The notes under the pieces: model-generated
The model's input: only the letters and a program-made list of their open reading frames with translations
Told to the model about the DNA's origin: nothing
The model's database searches: none
In this document: positions 16,126-25,501 of the stretch, in pieces
Layout of the letters: each line of letters starts with the position of its first letter
Numbering within the stretch: position 1 is the stretch's first letter
From: Patescibacteria group bacterium
Lineage (GTDB): Bacteria > Patescibacteriota > Minisyncoccia > Phycocordibacterales > UBA918
DNA: 64,000 bases
Assembly (NCBI GenBank): GCA_038065355.1
Contig: JBBTRC010000007.1
Span: 42,333-106,332 of the forward strand
Reading direction: 5' to 3'
Program-made: the position numbers and the translations under genes

Positions 16126-18888
16126 ATGGAAGGTGTTCCTGCGAAATTTTCTAATCCTCAAGAGGAAATAAACTACTTGCGCGAACGCATCGCCGTGCGC
16201 GAACGGGAACTGCTTGATCGTACACCAGAAATAGACACTGCCGACCGAGAGACCATTGGCCGCCAAGAGCTAAAAGAATATACCAGCTTCACTCCTAAGA
16301 TGGTGCTCAAACCTGACTATGAGCTTACCCATGAGGCACTGACGCGGTCTGTTGAACACATCAAAACCGCATCTGATCCAGCCGAGGAGATTTTGGCTAT
16401 TGCGTACGAAAAGGGAATCAGAAATGCCTTGAGTATTCTCGAAAAGACAGAGAACGCGTTTGTGGTCGACGAAGTGCATCGGCAACTAATAGAGCACCTG
16501 AGGGCCGGCGCAACCCTCGCCAACCTCAAAGAAGGAGTGCCGCCGTGGCATATACTCCACATGACTCTCTACCAAGTGACCTTGCCGGCCGAAGTGGCTC
16601 CGGGCGGACGAGAATACGATCTGGCCGAACTCGCCGGCATGATGCAGCAGCTGTTTGCTGGACTGCGCACTATAGGCTCGGTCAAGGAACACAATCACTT
16701 CACGATTGAGATTGCAGTCGCCAACAACAGCAGTGACATCGTTTTTTACGTCGCGGTGCCCAATGAGTTTACGTCGCTGTTTGAGAAACAAACACACTCA
16801 CTTTTCCCGTCGGCCGTCTTAGAGATACAACCGCACGATTACAACATCTATATAAAAAATGGCAGCACGCACATCGCCGAGATAGCTCTGAAAAAACATC
16901 CAATCTACCTGCTCAAAACTTTTGATACATTCACTTCCGATCCACTGGTAGTGATCTTAAATGCACTGTCGAAAATAGATCACCATGGCACCGGTGCGGC
17001 TGTGCAGTTTGTGGTTCGTCATCCGCGGCGGCAGTATCGCAAGGTGTTTGAACAGATTATCAAGTCCATCGAAAAGGGTACTAAACCACAAGAAGCGATT
17101 GCACAAAGCACCATGGCTGGTGAGTTCGTGGCGACGGTCGGTGAATTGTTCGGGAGCGGCAAGAAAAAAGCCAGTGACGAAGAAGAACCAGTTGTTGTCG
17201 ACACCGCCACGCTTGAGCAGTTTAAACGCAAAATAAAAACTGACCTGGTCGAGGTAAACATCCGCATTGTCGCGTCTTCGGAAAGTGAAGCCAAAGCGCA
17301 ACAAATTTTGACCGAGATCGAGTCAGCGTTTAACCAGTTTGACTCCACCGAAGGCAATCAGATTGTTTTTAAGCAACTTAAAGGCGGCGCGCTTCTCCGG
17401 GCAGAGCAAGCATTTTCGTTTCGGGAACTGACTTCAAACAATCTTTTTCCTCTTTCGCTTGAAGAGCTGTCAACGCTTATTCACTTCCCCGGTAACGGTA
17501 TCCACTCGACGCCGGAGTTCAAACAGTCCTACGCCAAAACCGCCCCGGCGCAAAATGCCATGCCGACCGAGGGCACATTGCTCGGCATCAACAACCATAG
17601 AGGCGTCAAACGGCCCATCTACATCACCGAAGCAGACCGTCTGCGGCATTTCTACATCATCGGCCAGACCGGTACTGGTAAGTCAGTTTTTCTCAAAAAT
17701 CTCATTATCCAAGATATCCAATCCGGCGCGGGTGTCTGTATGATCGATCCTCACGGCACCGATATTGAGGACGTGCTCGGAGCGGTGCCAAAGGAGCGAG
17801 AGCAAGATGTGATTTACTTTGATCCATCCCGCCAAGACCGCGTGCTAGGACTCAACATGCTTGAGTATGACGCGTCCAAACCCGAGCAGAAGACGTTTGT
17901 GGTCAATGAGCTTTTCTCAATCTTTCAGAAGCTCTACGGAGCCAACCCAGAGTCGATGGGTCCGATGTTTGAGCAGTACTTCCGCAATGCCACCTTGCTC
18001 GTCCTCGAAGACCCTGACAGCGGCAACACCCTCATGGATATTTCTCGCGTGCTCGCTGACGCAAAGTACCGCCGACAAAAGCTTGAGAAAGCCACCAACC
18101 CGGTCGTGGTGCAGTTTTGGCGGGAGATTGCGGCCAAAGCCGGCGGGGAAGCGACGCTCGAAAACATTGTGCCGTACATTGTGTCGAAGTTCGACGTATT
18201 CACCGCCAATGACTACATGCGTCCGATTATTGGCCAGCAAAAGAGCGCCTTTAACTTCCGGCAAGTCATGGACGAACGAAAGATTTTGCTCATCAATCTC
18301 TCGAAAGGCCGTCTCGGAGAGATCAACGCCAATCTTATCGGTATGATTGTGGTGGGAAAATTTTTAATGGCTGCGCTCTCGCGTGTCGACGATCCGACCA
18401 AGAGCTTCCCGCCGTTCTATCTTCACATTGATGAATTTCAAAATATTTCGACTAATTCAATAGCGTCCATTTTGTCAGAGGCTCGCAAATACAAACTCGG
18501 GTTGACAGTCGTTCATCAGTTCATTGCGCAATTGGATCCGGTCATCAAAGATGCAGTGTTTGGTAACGTCGGATCAATTGCCGCCTTTCGGGTGGGCAAT
18601 GACGACGCAGTGGCGCTCGAGTCACAGTTTGCCCCAACCTTCACCGCCGCAGAACTCATGAATATTCCAAATTACAACGCGTATCTGCGCGTGCTCGCCA
18701 ACGGTACCCCGACCCTCCCGTTCAGCATCGAGACACTGCCGCTTGAAGATACGGATCACAAACGAGTCGCTGAGCTTATAGAACAAAGCGGCCTTCGCTA
18801 CGGACGACCAAAGCACGACATCGAAGCTGAAATACAAGCACGTTACCAAAGACCAACACCGCCGGTACCGAATGCCCTACGTATGTAG
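16126..18888 (+). CDS. Large soluble P-loop ATPase of the FtsK-HerA superfamily with VirD4/TraG (T4SS coupling protein)-like C-terminal half and a novel ~480-aa N-terminal domain
   Basis: Walker A HFYIIGQTGTGKSV at about residue 520, Walker B FYLHIDEFQN, then ARKYKLGLTVVHQFIAQL (R...G....Q..QL as in VirD4/TraG/TrwB). No TM segments. ATG at 16126 lies 8 nt after a TATAAT (possible leaderless start). The ORF maximum begins at a TTG at 16093. Confidence 0.6.
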   Translation: MEGVPAKFSNPQEEINYLRERIAVRERELLDRTPEIDTADRETIGRQELKEYTSFTPKMVLKPDYELTHEALTRSVEHIKTASDPAEEILAIAYEKGIRNALSILEKTENAFVVDEVHRQLIEHLRAGATLANLKEGVPPWHILHMTLYQVTLPAEVAPGGREYDLAELAGMMQQLFAGLRTIGSVKEHNHFTIEIAVANNSSDIVFYVAVPNEFTSLFEKQTHSLFPSAVLEIQPHDYNIYIKNGSTHIAEIALKKHPIYLLKTFDTFTSDPLVVILNALSKIDHHGTGAAVQFVVRHPRRQYRKVFEQIIKSIEKGTKPQEAIAQSTMAGEFVATVGELFGSGKKKASDEEEPVVVDTATLEQFKRKIKTDLVEVNIRIVASSESEAKAQQILTEIESAFNQFDSTEGNQIVFKQLKGGALLRAEQAFSFRELTSNNLFPLSLEELSTLIHFPGNGIHSTPEFKQSYAKTAPAQNAMPTEGTLLGINNHRGVKRPIYITEADRLRHFYIIGQTGTGKSVFLKNLIIQDIQSGAGVCMIDPHGTDIEDVLGAVPKEREQDVIYFDPSRQDRVLGLNMLEYDASKPEQKTFVVNELFSIFQKLYGANPESMGPMFEQYFRNATLLVLEDPDSGNTLMDISRVLADAKYRRQKLEKATNPVVVQFWREIAAKAGGEATLENIVPYIVSKFDVFTANDYMRPIIGQQKSAFNFRQVMDERKILLINLSKGRLGEINANLIGMIVVGKFLMAALSRVDDPTKSFPPFYLHIDEFQNISTNSIASILSEARKYKLGLTVVHQFIAQLDPVIKDAVFGNVGSIAAFRVGNDDAVALESQFAPTFTAAELMNIPNYNAYLRVLANGTPTLPFSIETLPLEDTDHKRVAELIEQSGLRYGRPKHDIEAEIQARYQRPTPPVPNALRM

Positions 18889-18897
18889 CATATATAT

Positions 18898-20136
18898 ATG
18901 AGCGCCGACAAGCAAAGCACCGAATACCAGAACGTCACCATCGACACCGTGTCCGGACTTGATCTTTTTCTTACCCATATACGGGATGTATACCAAACAG
19001 GACTTCCGAAAAAGTCTGCCAGTTTGAAAAAACAACCCCACAGATCAGTTGCCGACCGGAATCACAAATTTTTACGTACGTACAAAGAGCTTCAGCATGG
19101 CATTATGGCGTGCAAGAAGTCACTTCTCGCCGGCAAGGAAGTGACGACTGCCGAAGCAGGCAAACTGCAAACATTGTACGATCAGTTGCTATCCCTGCGC
19201 GACTCATCTTTACACGAAACGGCCGCTAAAAAAACTCCAGCGGTAGTTCCCGTAGCTTCCACAGCAAAAAATGAAACACACGCCCCATCGTCCGCATTCG
19301 CCACTGACGCGCTAGAAAAGTCTCAATCTACAGTGCCTACCCACTCACTTAGAGAAAAGAAAATACACCCTCTGGCCAGACGTATGTTTCAGAAAGAGGT
19401 GCGAGAAACTAAGCGTCCCTTAGAGACTGCTCGGCTTACAGCAACACCAACACCTTCGCCAGCGACATCAGATAAAAAGAAGAAAGAAGACACGACTCAC
19501 GACAAAGACAAGCAGGTGCCGACTTCGACGAATCCTTCTCGTAGTGCGTCGCCGCCAACACCGGTCACTTTCACACCACAGTCGGCGAGAGTTCGCTCGT
19601 CAGCCCAACCCGCGCCGCCACCAAGACCCACATTCACTCCAACCTCGACCAAAAAAGCCAAAAATCCGTCGGCCACGGCCGCTGTGCGGCCACTTGAATC
19701 CGGCATTGTACAGCCTGACCCAATCCATGAAAAACGATCACTGACGGCCATCTATTTGAATAGGCCTGAATATCGGCAATTTATCGCCGACAACTACTCA
19801 TCGCCAGCTGGATTTGAAAAAATTATTGACAGCACGATCACCGCCATCGAGCGCACACTTACTGACCCAATCGAACGGTGGTTGGGTGAGGTACACGCCA
19901 GTCCGTTTGCTTATTTGGAAAGTATGACACTCTCGGATATTACCGAGTTTAATCAGCAACCGTATGAATTCATCAAGTCAGTACTGGCGAAAGAAAATAT
20001 AAAATACGAAGGCTACGTGCTGTGGGTAGATTTGATACCGGAGATGTTGCGTATCGTTGACGCGCATACCGACATAACCTTCGGCGAATTGTTCGCACGG
20101 TATTTAATTGAAAACGAAATGTTACGGAGTGCGTAG
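18898..20136 (+). CDS. Hypothetical protein with folded N- and C-terminal domains and a long Pro/Thr/Ser-rich disordered centre
   Basis: 412 aa. Central part ...TATPTPSPATSDKKKK...SASPPTPVTFTPQ...PAPPPRPTFTPTSTKK... is low complexity. Tightly spaced after the ATPase. Confidence 0.45.
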   Translation: MSADKQSTEYQNVTIDTVSGLDLFLTHIRDVYQTGLPKKSASLKKQPHRSVADRNHKFLRTYKELQHGIMACKKSLLAGKEVTTAEAGKLQTLYDQLLSLRDSSLHETAAKKTPAVVPVASTAKNETHAPSSAFATDALEKSQSTVPTHSLREKKIHPLARRMFQKEVRETKRPLETARLTATPTPSPATSDKKKKEDTTHDKDKQVPTSTNPSRSASPPTPVTFTPQSARVRSSAQPAPPPRPTFTPTSTKKAKNPSATAAVRPLESGIVQPDPIHEKRSLTAIYLNRPEYRQFIADNYSSPAGFEKIIDSTITAIERTLTDPIERWLGEVHASPFAYLESMTLSDITEFNQQPYEFIKSVLAKENIKYEGYVLWVDLIPEMLRIVDAHTDITFGELFARYLIENEMLRSA

Positions 20137-20201
20137 TCGTAATTCACATCTGTGCGTAACTGTTTTGATTCATCAATTGCAAAAAGTGTTATGATAGGTG
20201 T

Positions 20202-21914
20202 ATGTCCAGCGGAGGTTCTTTTAGTGTAAGTGCCACACGTTCATTTGATCTCGAGTCGCAATCGGGAATTGCGCACGTGCTGACCTCAATTCGTGCCAGC
20301 GATCTTTCAAACTCACAAAAAAACGAGTTGCGTGACATGGTCTTTCTTTATGTGAACGGCGGGCATGATCCGGCCGTGGAGCTTATTCTGGAGAAGAAAC
20401 TCGCCAGCTATGAAGTCGCTCCAGCTCCGAAGAAAGTAACGCCAGGAAGCGTCGTTCGCGCCAACCCGATTGGCGGTGTGCGTCCTGCGCCACGTTCTTT
20501 TGCAATCAAAGGCACCTATCAAGCACCACCACCCGTTGTATCGGCGCCGTCAGCACCTCATGTTGCTGAAGCACCAAAAGCACCAGAGCCGAAGCTCACC
20601 CCCATTCCGGTAGCAACACCCGTTTCACCGCCGCCTCGCTTGCCCGAACCGGAGGCCAAGCCGCTAGTAGAGCCACCAGCGCGCGCCGTGCCGGCCGCTC
20701 CTCCAAAAGTGGCTAGTGTCGCAGTAGCGCCGAACGCTACGCCAAATACGCCAAGCGCCTCAAGCGAGACGCAGAATCAATACTTAGAACGAATCCGCGA
20801 GATCAAATCTATCGTAAACGAAAAGGTCGGCAACCCGGTTAATTTAGTTGATATCAATAATGAAGTGGGGCGTGAGTACATGGGCGCCTTGCTTGATGCG
20901 ATGAAAAAGTTGCACAGCGGTACGTCGGCGGTTTCGGCGATGCGGCGTCTCGAGACTTCATTTATCGCAGTCCAAAGAGCCATTGCCGATCACGAAAAAC
21001 ATCCTACTCATAGTGAGCCGCCAAAGGTTATCATTGCAAAAACAGCCCCGCCGGTTTCACCAAAAATAGAAGAGAAACCAAAAGCACCAGAGCCGAAGCT
21101 CACCCCCATTCCGGTAGCAACACCCGTTTCACCGCCGCCTCGCCCGCCCGAACCGGAGGCCAAGCCGCCAATCGAGCCATCACAACCACGACAATCACCG
21201 CCCACTCCTCCCACTACTGCGGTAAGAGAACAGGTGTCGGCAAATTCCTCATACGTAAAAAGTCAAAAATTACGCATTGAAACACATGATCGTGATGACA
21301 GCGCGCTTACCATTAAGCGACCGGAGCCACCTATGAGAACCCCTGAGCCAGCAGTAGAAGTGAGGCAACCAGCAGCTCCGACTCCGCCACCGATTGCGCA
21401 CACTACACCGATCTCCTCTGACGCTGATAAGCGCTGGGCGGACACGGCTGGTGCGGAATCAGCCACTGCTCCAAGAAGCTCGCCACCAATTACAAAACTC
21501 GACTCGCTGGCAGATCTAAAAAAACCTCGCCGTCCCGACGAATTGCCGACCTCCGCCTCTTTGCAGACTTCCACTGTGAAAGGTGACTCACTCTTCACAA
21601 AAGAAGTCACCGACGGTCTCAACCAGCTCCTGCTCGAGTGGCCAATTTTCAAAAAAAGCGGACTGTTTGGCACCGGTCCGAAAGGGTACGAGCATCCGCT
21701 TTTTAAAAAAATTGCCAATTTGCCGATTCCACTTCTGTTAGCAGGACGTTTTGAGGGCGCGACCCAAGAGATAAAACAAAGCATCACCGACTATATGAAC
21801 GGGTGGCGCTACGAACAGGCAATCATCTACGAGCAAGGAGAAACGTTTGAGCACTACTTACGGCGCGTCATTCGGCACATACTCGATTTGCAAATTAAAA
21901 AAGCCCAGCCATAA
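20202..21914 (+). CDS. Hypothetical proline-rich protein containing a duplicated APEPKLTPIPVATPVSPPPR(L/P)PEPEAKP module
   Basis: 570 aa. Two near-identical 95-nt DNA repeats inside the CDS. Structured N- and C-terminal domains. Confidence 0.45.
   Translation: MSSGGSFSVSATRSFDLESQSGIAHVLTSIRASDLSNSQKNELRDMVFLYVNGGHDPAVELILEKKLASYEVAPAPKKVTPGSVVRANPIGGVRPAPRSFAIKGTYQAPPPVVSAPSAPHVAEAPKAPEPKLTPIPVATPVSPPPRLPEPEAKPLVEPPARAVPAAPPKVASVAVAPNATPNTPSASSETQNQYLERIREIKSIVNEKVGNPVNLVDINNEVGREYMGALLDAMKKLHSGTSAVSAMRRLETSFIAVQRAIADHEKHPTHSEPPKVIIAKTAPPVSPKIEEKPKAPEPKLTPIPVATPVSPPPRPPEPEAKPPIEPSQPRQSPPTPPTTAVREQVSANSSYVKSQKLRIETHDRDDSALTIKRPEPPMRTPEPAVEVRQPAAPTPPPIAHTTPISSDADKRWADTAGAESATAPRSSPPITKLDSLADLKKPRRPDELPTSASLQTSTVKGDSLFTKEVTDGLNQLLLEWPIFKKSGLFGTGPKGYEHPLFKKIANLPIPLLLAGRFEGATQEIKQSITDYMNGWRYEQAIIYEQGETFEHYLRRVIRHILDLQIKKAQP
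20573..20667 (+). repeat. Intragenic direct repeat copy A (95 nt)
   Basis: 93 of 95 nt identical to 21077..21171. Confidence 0.85.
21077..21171 (+). repeat. Intragenic direct repeat copy B (95 nt)
   Basis: 93 of 95 nt identical to 20573..20667. Confidence 0.85.
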
Positions 21915-21921
21915 TAACCTG

Positions 21922-22536
21922 ATGTTGTCGCATCATGCTATTTTGTCGCGCTACGTTGATGTGGAGGATTTTGTTGATATTTCGGTACCGCCGACGACCG
22001 AGTATGTCCGCTTTGATATAGAAAAGTTTGGTATTGATGACGCGCGACGGCTGGTACAGGAAGCCTACCGCCGTCCAACGGAAGGGCATACGGAGCGTCT
22101 TTTGTGCACAGTGTCGAGCGCGGTGACCGTGGAGGCGCAACACGCGCTTTTGAAGTTGCTCGAAGAACCGCCGGTGACGACGAAGTTTGTTTTTGTACTA
22201 CCGGCTGGCGCATCACTTCTCCCGACGCTCCTCTCACGCTTCCACGAACAAGCACCCACGCTGGCGGCGGCTGATACACCGGAGTTTGAAGAATTTTTGC
22301 ACGCCTCATACAGAGAGCGGTTGGCAGTGATTGAAACAAAACTCAAAGCCAAGGACGACAACTGGCAAGCGGCGATAGACAGAGGTCTGCACGCCTACGT
22401 GGAAGGAGCAAGGGGTACGCTTCCGCTTGCAGTACTACAGGAACTACAACTCTTCTTATCTTTTTATCGGAAACGCGGCGCTTCAAATAAAATGCTCCTT
22501 GAGCACCTCTCGATTACTCTGCCGACTCGAAGTTAG
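21922..22536 (+). CDS. holB: Minimal DNA polymerase III delta' subunit-like (clamp-loader AAA+ family, no P-loop)
   Basis: LLKLLEEPP box and LLSRFH (SRC-type) motif. Only ~205 aa. No GxxGxGK(S/T). Confidence 0.55.
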   Translation: MLSHHAILSRYVDVEDFVDISVPPTTEYVRFDIEKFGIDDARRLVQEAYRRPTEGHTERLLCTVSSAVTVEAQHALLKLLEEPPVTTKFVFVLPAGASLLPTLLSRFHEQAPTLAAADTPEFEEFLHASYRERLAVIETKLKAKDDNWQAAIDRGLHAYVEGARGTLPLAVLQELQLFLSFYRKRGASNKMLLEHLSITLPTRS

Positions 22537-22582
22537 CGCAAGAAAGTGTTACACTGCGCGTATAAATCCATACAGCGTCATT

Positions 22583-23125
22583 ATGAATGAAGATTTTGAT
22601 AAACGTTTAGAGGAAGTAAAATCGTGGCTACAAAAAGAATTTGCCGGTATTCGCACTGGTCAGGCCAGCCCAGCCATTCTCGATGGTGTGCGGGTCGAAA
22701 GCTACGGAGTCTTGGTACCGCTCATTCAGGTTGGTAGTATCAGCGTCGAGGACGCGCGGACGCTTCGAGTGTCGCCGTGGGACGCTTCGCAGATTGCGGC
22801 CATTGAACGGGCAATCGGCGACGCCAACCTTGGCGTTTCGGTCTTGACCGACTCGTCGGGCATCCGCGTCAAATTCCCAGAGCTCACGGCCGAGCGCCGC
22901 ACTCAACTTTTGAAGCTGGCAAAAAGCAAGCTCGAAGACTCGCGCATTTCAGTGCGAGGTATCCGCGACGAGGAAATGAAACTGATTGATAAACAAAGCA
23001 AGGAGGGCGCGATTGGCGAAGATGAAAAATTCACTCGTAAAGAAAAGGTACAAACAAAAATCGACGCCATGAACAAAACGCTCGAAGAGCTTTTTGATAA
23101 GAAAGAAGTCGAGCTTCAAAAATAG
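22583..23125 (+). CDS. frr: Ribosome recycling factor
   Basis: MNEDFDKRLEEVKSWLQKEFAGIRTGQASPAILDGVRVESYGVLVPL...ISVRGIRDEE is a full-length RRF. Confidence 0.9.
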   Translation: MNEDFDKRLEEVKSWLQKEFAGIRTGQASPAILDGVRVESYGVLVPLIQVGSISVEDARTLRVSPWDASQIAAIERAIGDANLGVSVLTDSSGIRVKFPELTAERRTQLLKLAKSKLEDSRISVRGIRDEEMKLIDKQSKEGAIGEDEKFTRKEKVQTKIDAMNKTLEELFDKKEVELQK

Positions 23126-23127
23126 CC

Positions 23128-24219
23128 ATGTCAATAATAATTTTTCTTTTGGTGTTGTTTGTGCTGGTCTTGGTGCACGAGTGGGGACATTTTATCGTGG
23201 CCAAAAAAACCGGCATGAGAGTGGACGAATTTGGTATCGGCTTCCCGCCCAAATTATTCAGCCTTAAAAAGGGAGAAACGGAGTATTCTTTCAACCTGTT
23301 GCCAGTCGGCGGTTTTGTCCGGATTTTTGGCGAGAACCCGGAGGAAACAGACGCCGCTTCTTCTGATGCGTCGAGAGCCTTTTCGGCGAGACCAAAATGG
23401 GCACAGGCGCTTGTGCTCGTGGCGGGTGTCGCGATGAATGTGTTGTTTGCGTGGTTTTTATTTACCACCACCTACCTCATCGGCGTACCAACGCCGGTAA
23501 GTGATGATGTAGCGAGCGAAAGTGCGAAACTCTACATCGCCGGAGTACTTCCTGATAGTCCAGCCGACGGGGTGATCCCAAGCGGTGCGGAAATTCTCAG
23601 CATTGCTGACGAAGACGAAACGATCGCCAAACCTTCACCAACTGTTTTTAGCCAGTTTATCAGCGAACGCGCTCCCGACCCAGTGACAATTGTGTTTACA
23701 CACAATCATAAGGAAGAGAGGGTTTCCCTCGCGCCCGTCACGGGTCTAGTAGCTGATAATAAGGAACAGTACCTCATCGGTACTTCGCTCACGTACGTGG
23801 AAATACAAAAACAATCATTCTTTTCCGCGATCGGCAGCGGCTTCACGACTTCTTTGCAGGGACTTAGTGCTATCACGGTTGGTTTACTCACGCTCATCAA
23901 AGATACATTTGTCGGTCAGGCTGACTTTTCAAGCGTCACCGGTCCGGTTGGTATCGTGGGATTGGTGGGTGACGCTGCCGCTTTTGGCTTCACCACCTTA
24001 CTTACTTTTACCGCCATTATTTCACTCAACCTGGCGGTAGTGAACTTACTGCCGTTCCCGGCGCTTGACGGCGGTCGGCTATTGTTTGTGGTACTCGAAG
24101 CCATCGCCAGAAAAAATATTCCGGCCGTGTGGGCGACGCGCGCCAACTTGGTTGGCTTTACACTTCTAATGCTCCTCATGGTGGCAGTGACCTATAATGA
24201 TATTGTTAAGCTACTGTAG
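23128..24219 (+). CDS. rseP: RIP metalloprotease RseP (site-2 protease, M50 family) with PDZ domain
   Basis: HEWGHFIVAK (HExxH in TM1), a PDZ-like segment, and C-terminal LNLLPFPALDGG. Confidence 0.85.
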   Translation: MSIIIFLLVLFVLVLVHEWGHFIVAKKTGMRVDEFGIGFPPKLFSLKKGETEYSFNLLPVGGFVRIFGENPEETDAASSDASRAFSARPKWAQALVLVAGVAMNVLFAWFLFTTTYLIGVPTPVSDDVASESAKLYIAGVLPDSPADGVIPSGAEILSIADEDETIAKPSPTVFSQFISERAPDPVTIVFTHNHKEERVSLAPVTGLVADNKEQYLIGTSLTYVEIQKQSFFSAIGSGFTTSLQGLSAITVGLLTLIKDTFVGQADFSSVTGPVGIVGLVGDAAAFGFTTLLTFTAIISLNLAVVNLLPFPALDGGRLLFVVLEAIARKNIPAVWATRANLVGFTLLMLLMVAVTYNDIVKLL

Positions 24220-24222
24220 TGT

Positions 24223-25488
24223 ATGCGCCAGTCACACCTCTTCACCAAGACTCGAAAGGAAATTCCAGCTGATGAGACGTCTAAGAATGCGGAGCTTCTG
24301 ATCCGCGCCGGTTACGTGCACAAAGAAATGGCCGGCGTATATGCATACCTGCCGCTTGGTCTCTTGGTACAAGAAAAAATCAAACAGATCGTGCGCGAAG
24401 AGATGAGTGCGCTTGGTGGACAGGAACTCATCATGACGGCGCTCCAAAGTAAGGAACTTTGGGAACGGACGCACCGTTGGGATGATGAGGTAGTGGATGT
24501 GTGGTTTAAATCGGAATTAAAAGCGGGTGGGGAAGTCGGCTTCGGCTGGAGTCATGAGGAGCCGATTGGCAACATGATGAAGAACTACCTCTCCAGTTAT
24601 AAAGATCTACCGGTTACGCTCTATCAGTTTCAGACCAAGCTTCGCAATGAACTTAGAGCCAAGAGCGGCGTCATGCGCGGCCGCGAATTTGTTATGAAAG
24701 ATGCCTATTCCTTTGCGCTCGGCGAGGGAGACCACAACGACATCTACGAAAAAATGAAAGGAGCGTACCTGAATGTGTTCAAACGGGTCGGCCTCGGTAA
24801 TGACACCTACGTGACGTTTGCCACCGGCGGCGCGTTTACGCAGTTTAGCCATGAGTTCCAGACAATCTGCGCCGCCGGCGAAGACACTTGCTATATCAGC
24901 AAAGAAAAGGGCATTGCGATCAATGCGGAAGTCATGAATGATGAAGTGCTCAATACACTTGAAGTGACTCGCGAGGAACTCATAGAAACAAAAACAGCTG
25001 AAGTCGGCAACATTTTCAACTTCGGCCGTCAAAAAGCCGAAGATTTAGGACTTATGGTAAAGACCGAAACTGGTGAGAACATTCCTGTCTGGATGGGTTC
25101 ATATGGTATCGGCATCACCAGACTCATGGGAGTGATTGTGGAAAAATTTGCCGATGAAAAGGGAATTGTGTGGCCAGAGGAAGCAGCCCCCTTTACACTC
25201 CACCTCGTGACCCTCAACACCGACGACGCCGAAATAAGAGACTGGGCCGACGGCTTGTACGCAAATTTAAAACGGGCTGGCATAGAAGTACTCTACGACG
25301 ACCGAGATGCGCGTGCAGGAGAAAAGTTTGCTGACAGCGACTTGATTGGAATCCCATACCGAGTGGTGGTAAGCAAAAAAGGCAAAGAACAAGGAAGTTT
25401 TGAGGTGGTGACACGCGCCACTGGTGAAGTACGAAATGTATCTGAAGAGGAACTCTTCCAAGATTTTGCCGCACCCATCGAGACATAG
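24223..25488 (+). CDS. proS: Proline--tRNA ligase, short bacterial form without INS editing domain
   Basis: Class II motifs FQTKLRNELRAKSGVMRGREFVMKDAYSF and GSYGIGITR, plus a C-terminal anticodon-binding domain. 421 aa. Confidence 0.85.
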   Translation: MRQSHLFTKTRKEIPADETSKNAELLIRAGYVHKEMAGVYAYLPLGLLVQEKIKQIVREEMSALGGQELIMTALQSKELWERTHRWDDEVVDVWFKSELKAGGEVGFGWSHEEPIGNMMKNYLSSYKDLPVTLYQFQTKLRNELRAKSGVMRGREFVMKDAYSFALGEGDHNDIYEKMKGAYLNVFKRVGLGNDTYVTFATGGAFTQFSHEFQTICAAGEDTCYISKEKGIAINAEVMNDEVLNTLEVTREELIETKTAEVGNIFNFGRQKAEDLGLMVKTETGENIPVWMGSYGIGITRLMGVIVEKFADEKGIVWPEEAAPFTLHLVTLNTDDAEIRDWADGLYANLKRAGIEVLYDDRDARAGEKFADSDLIGIPYRVVVSKKGKEQGSFEVVTRATGEVRNVSEEELFQDFAAPIET

Positions 25489-25501
25489 TACAATGTTCTA
25501 A

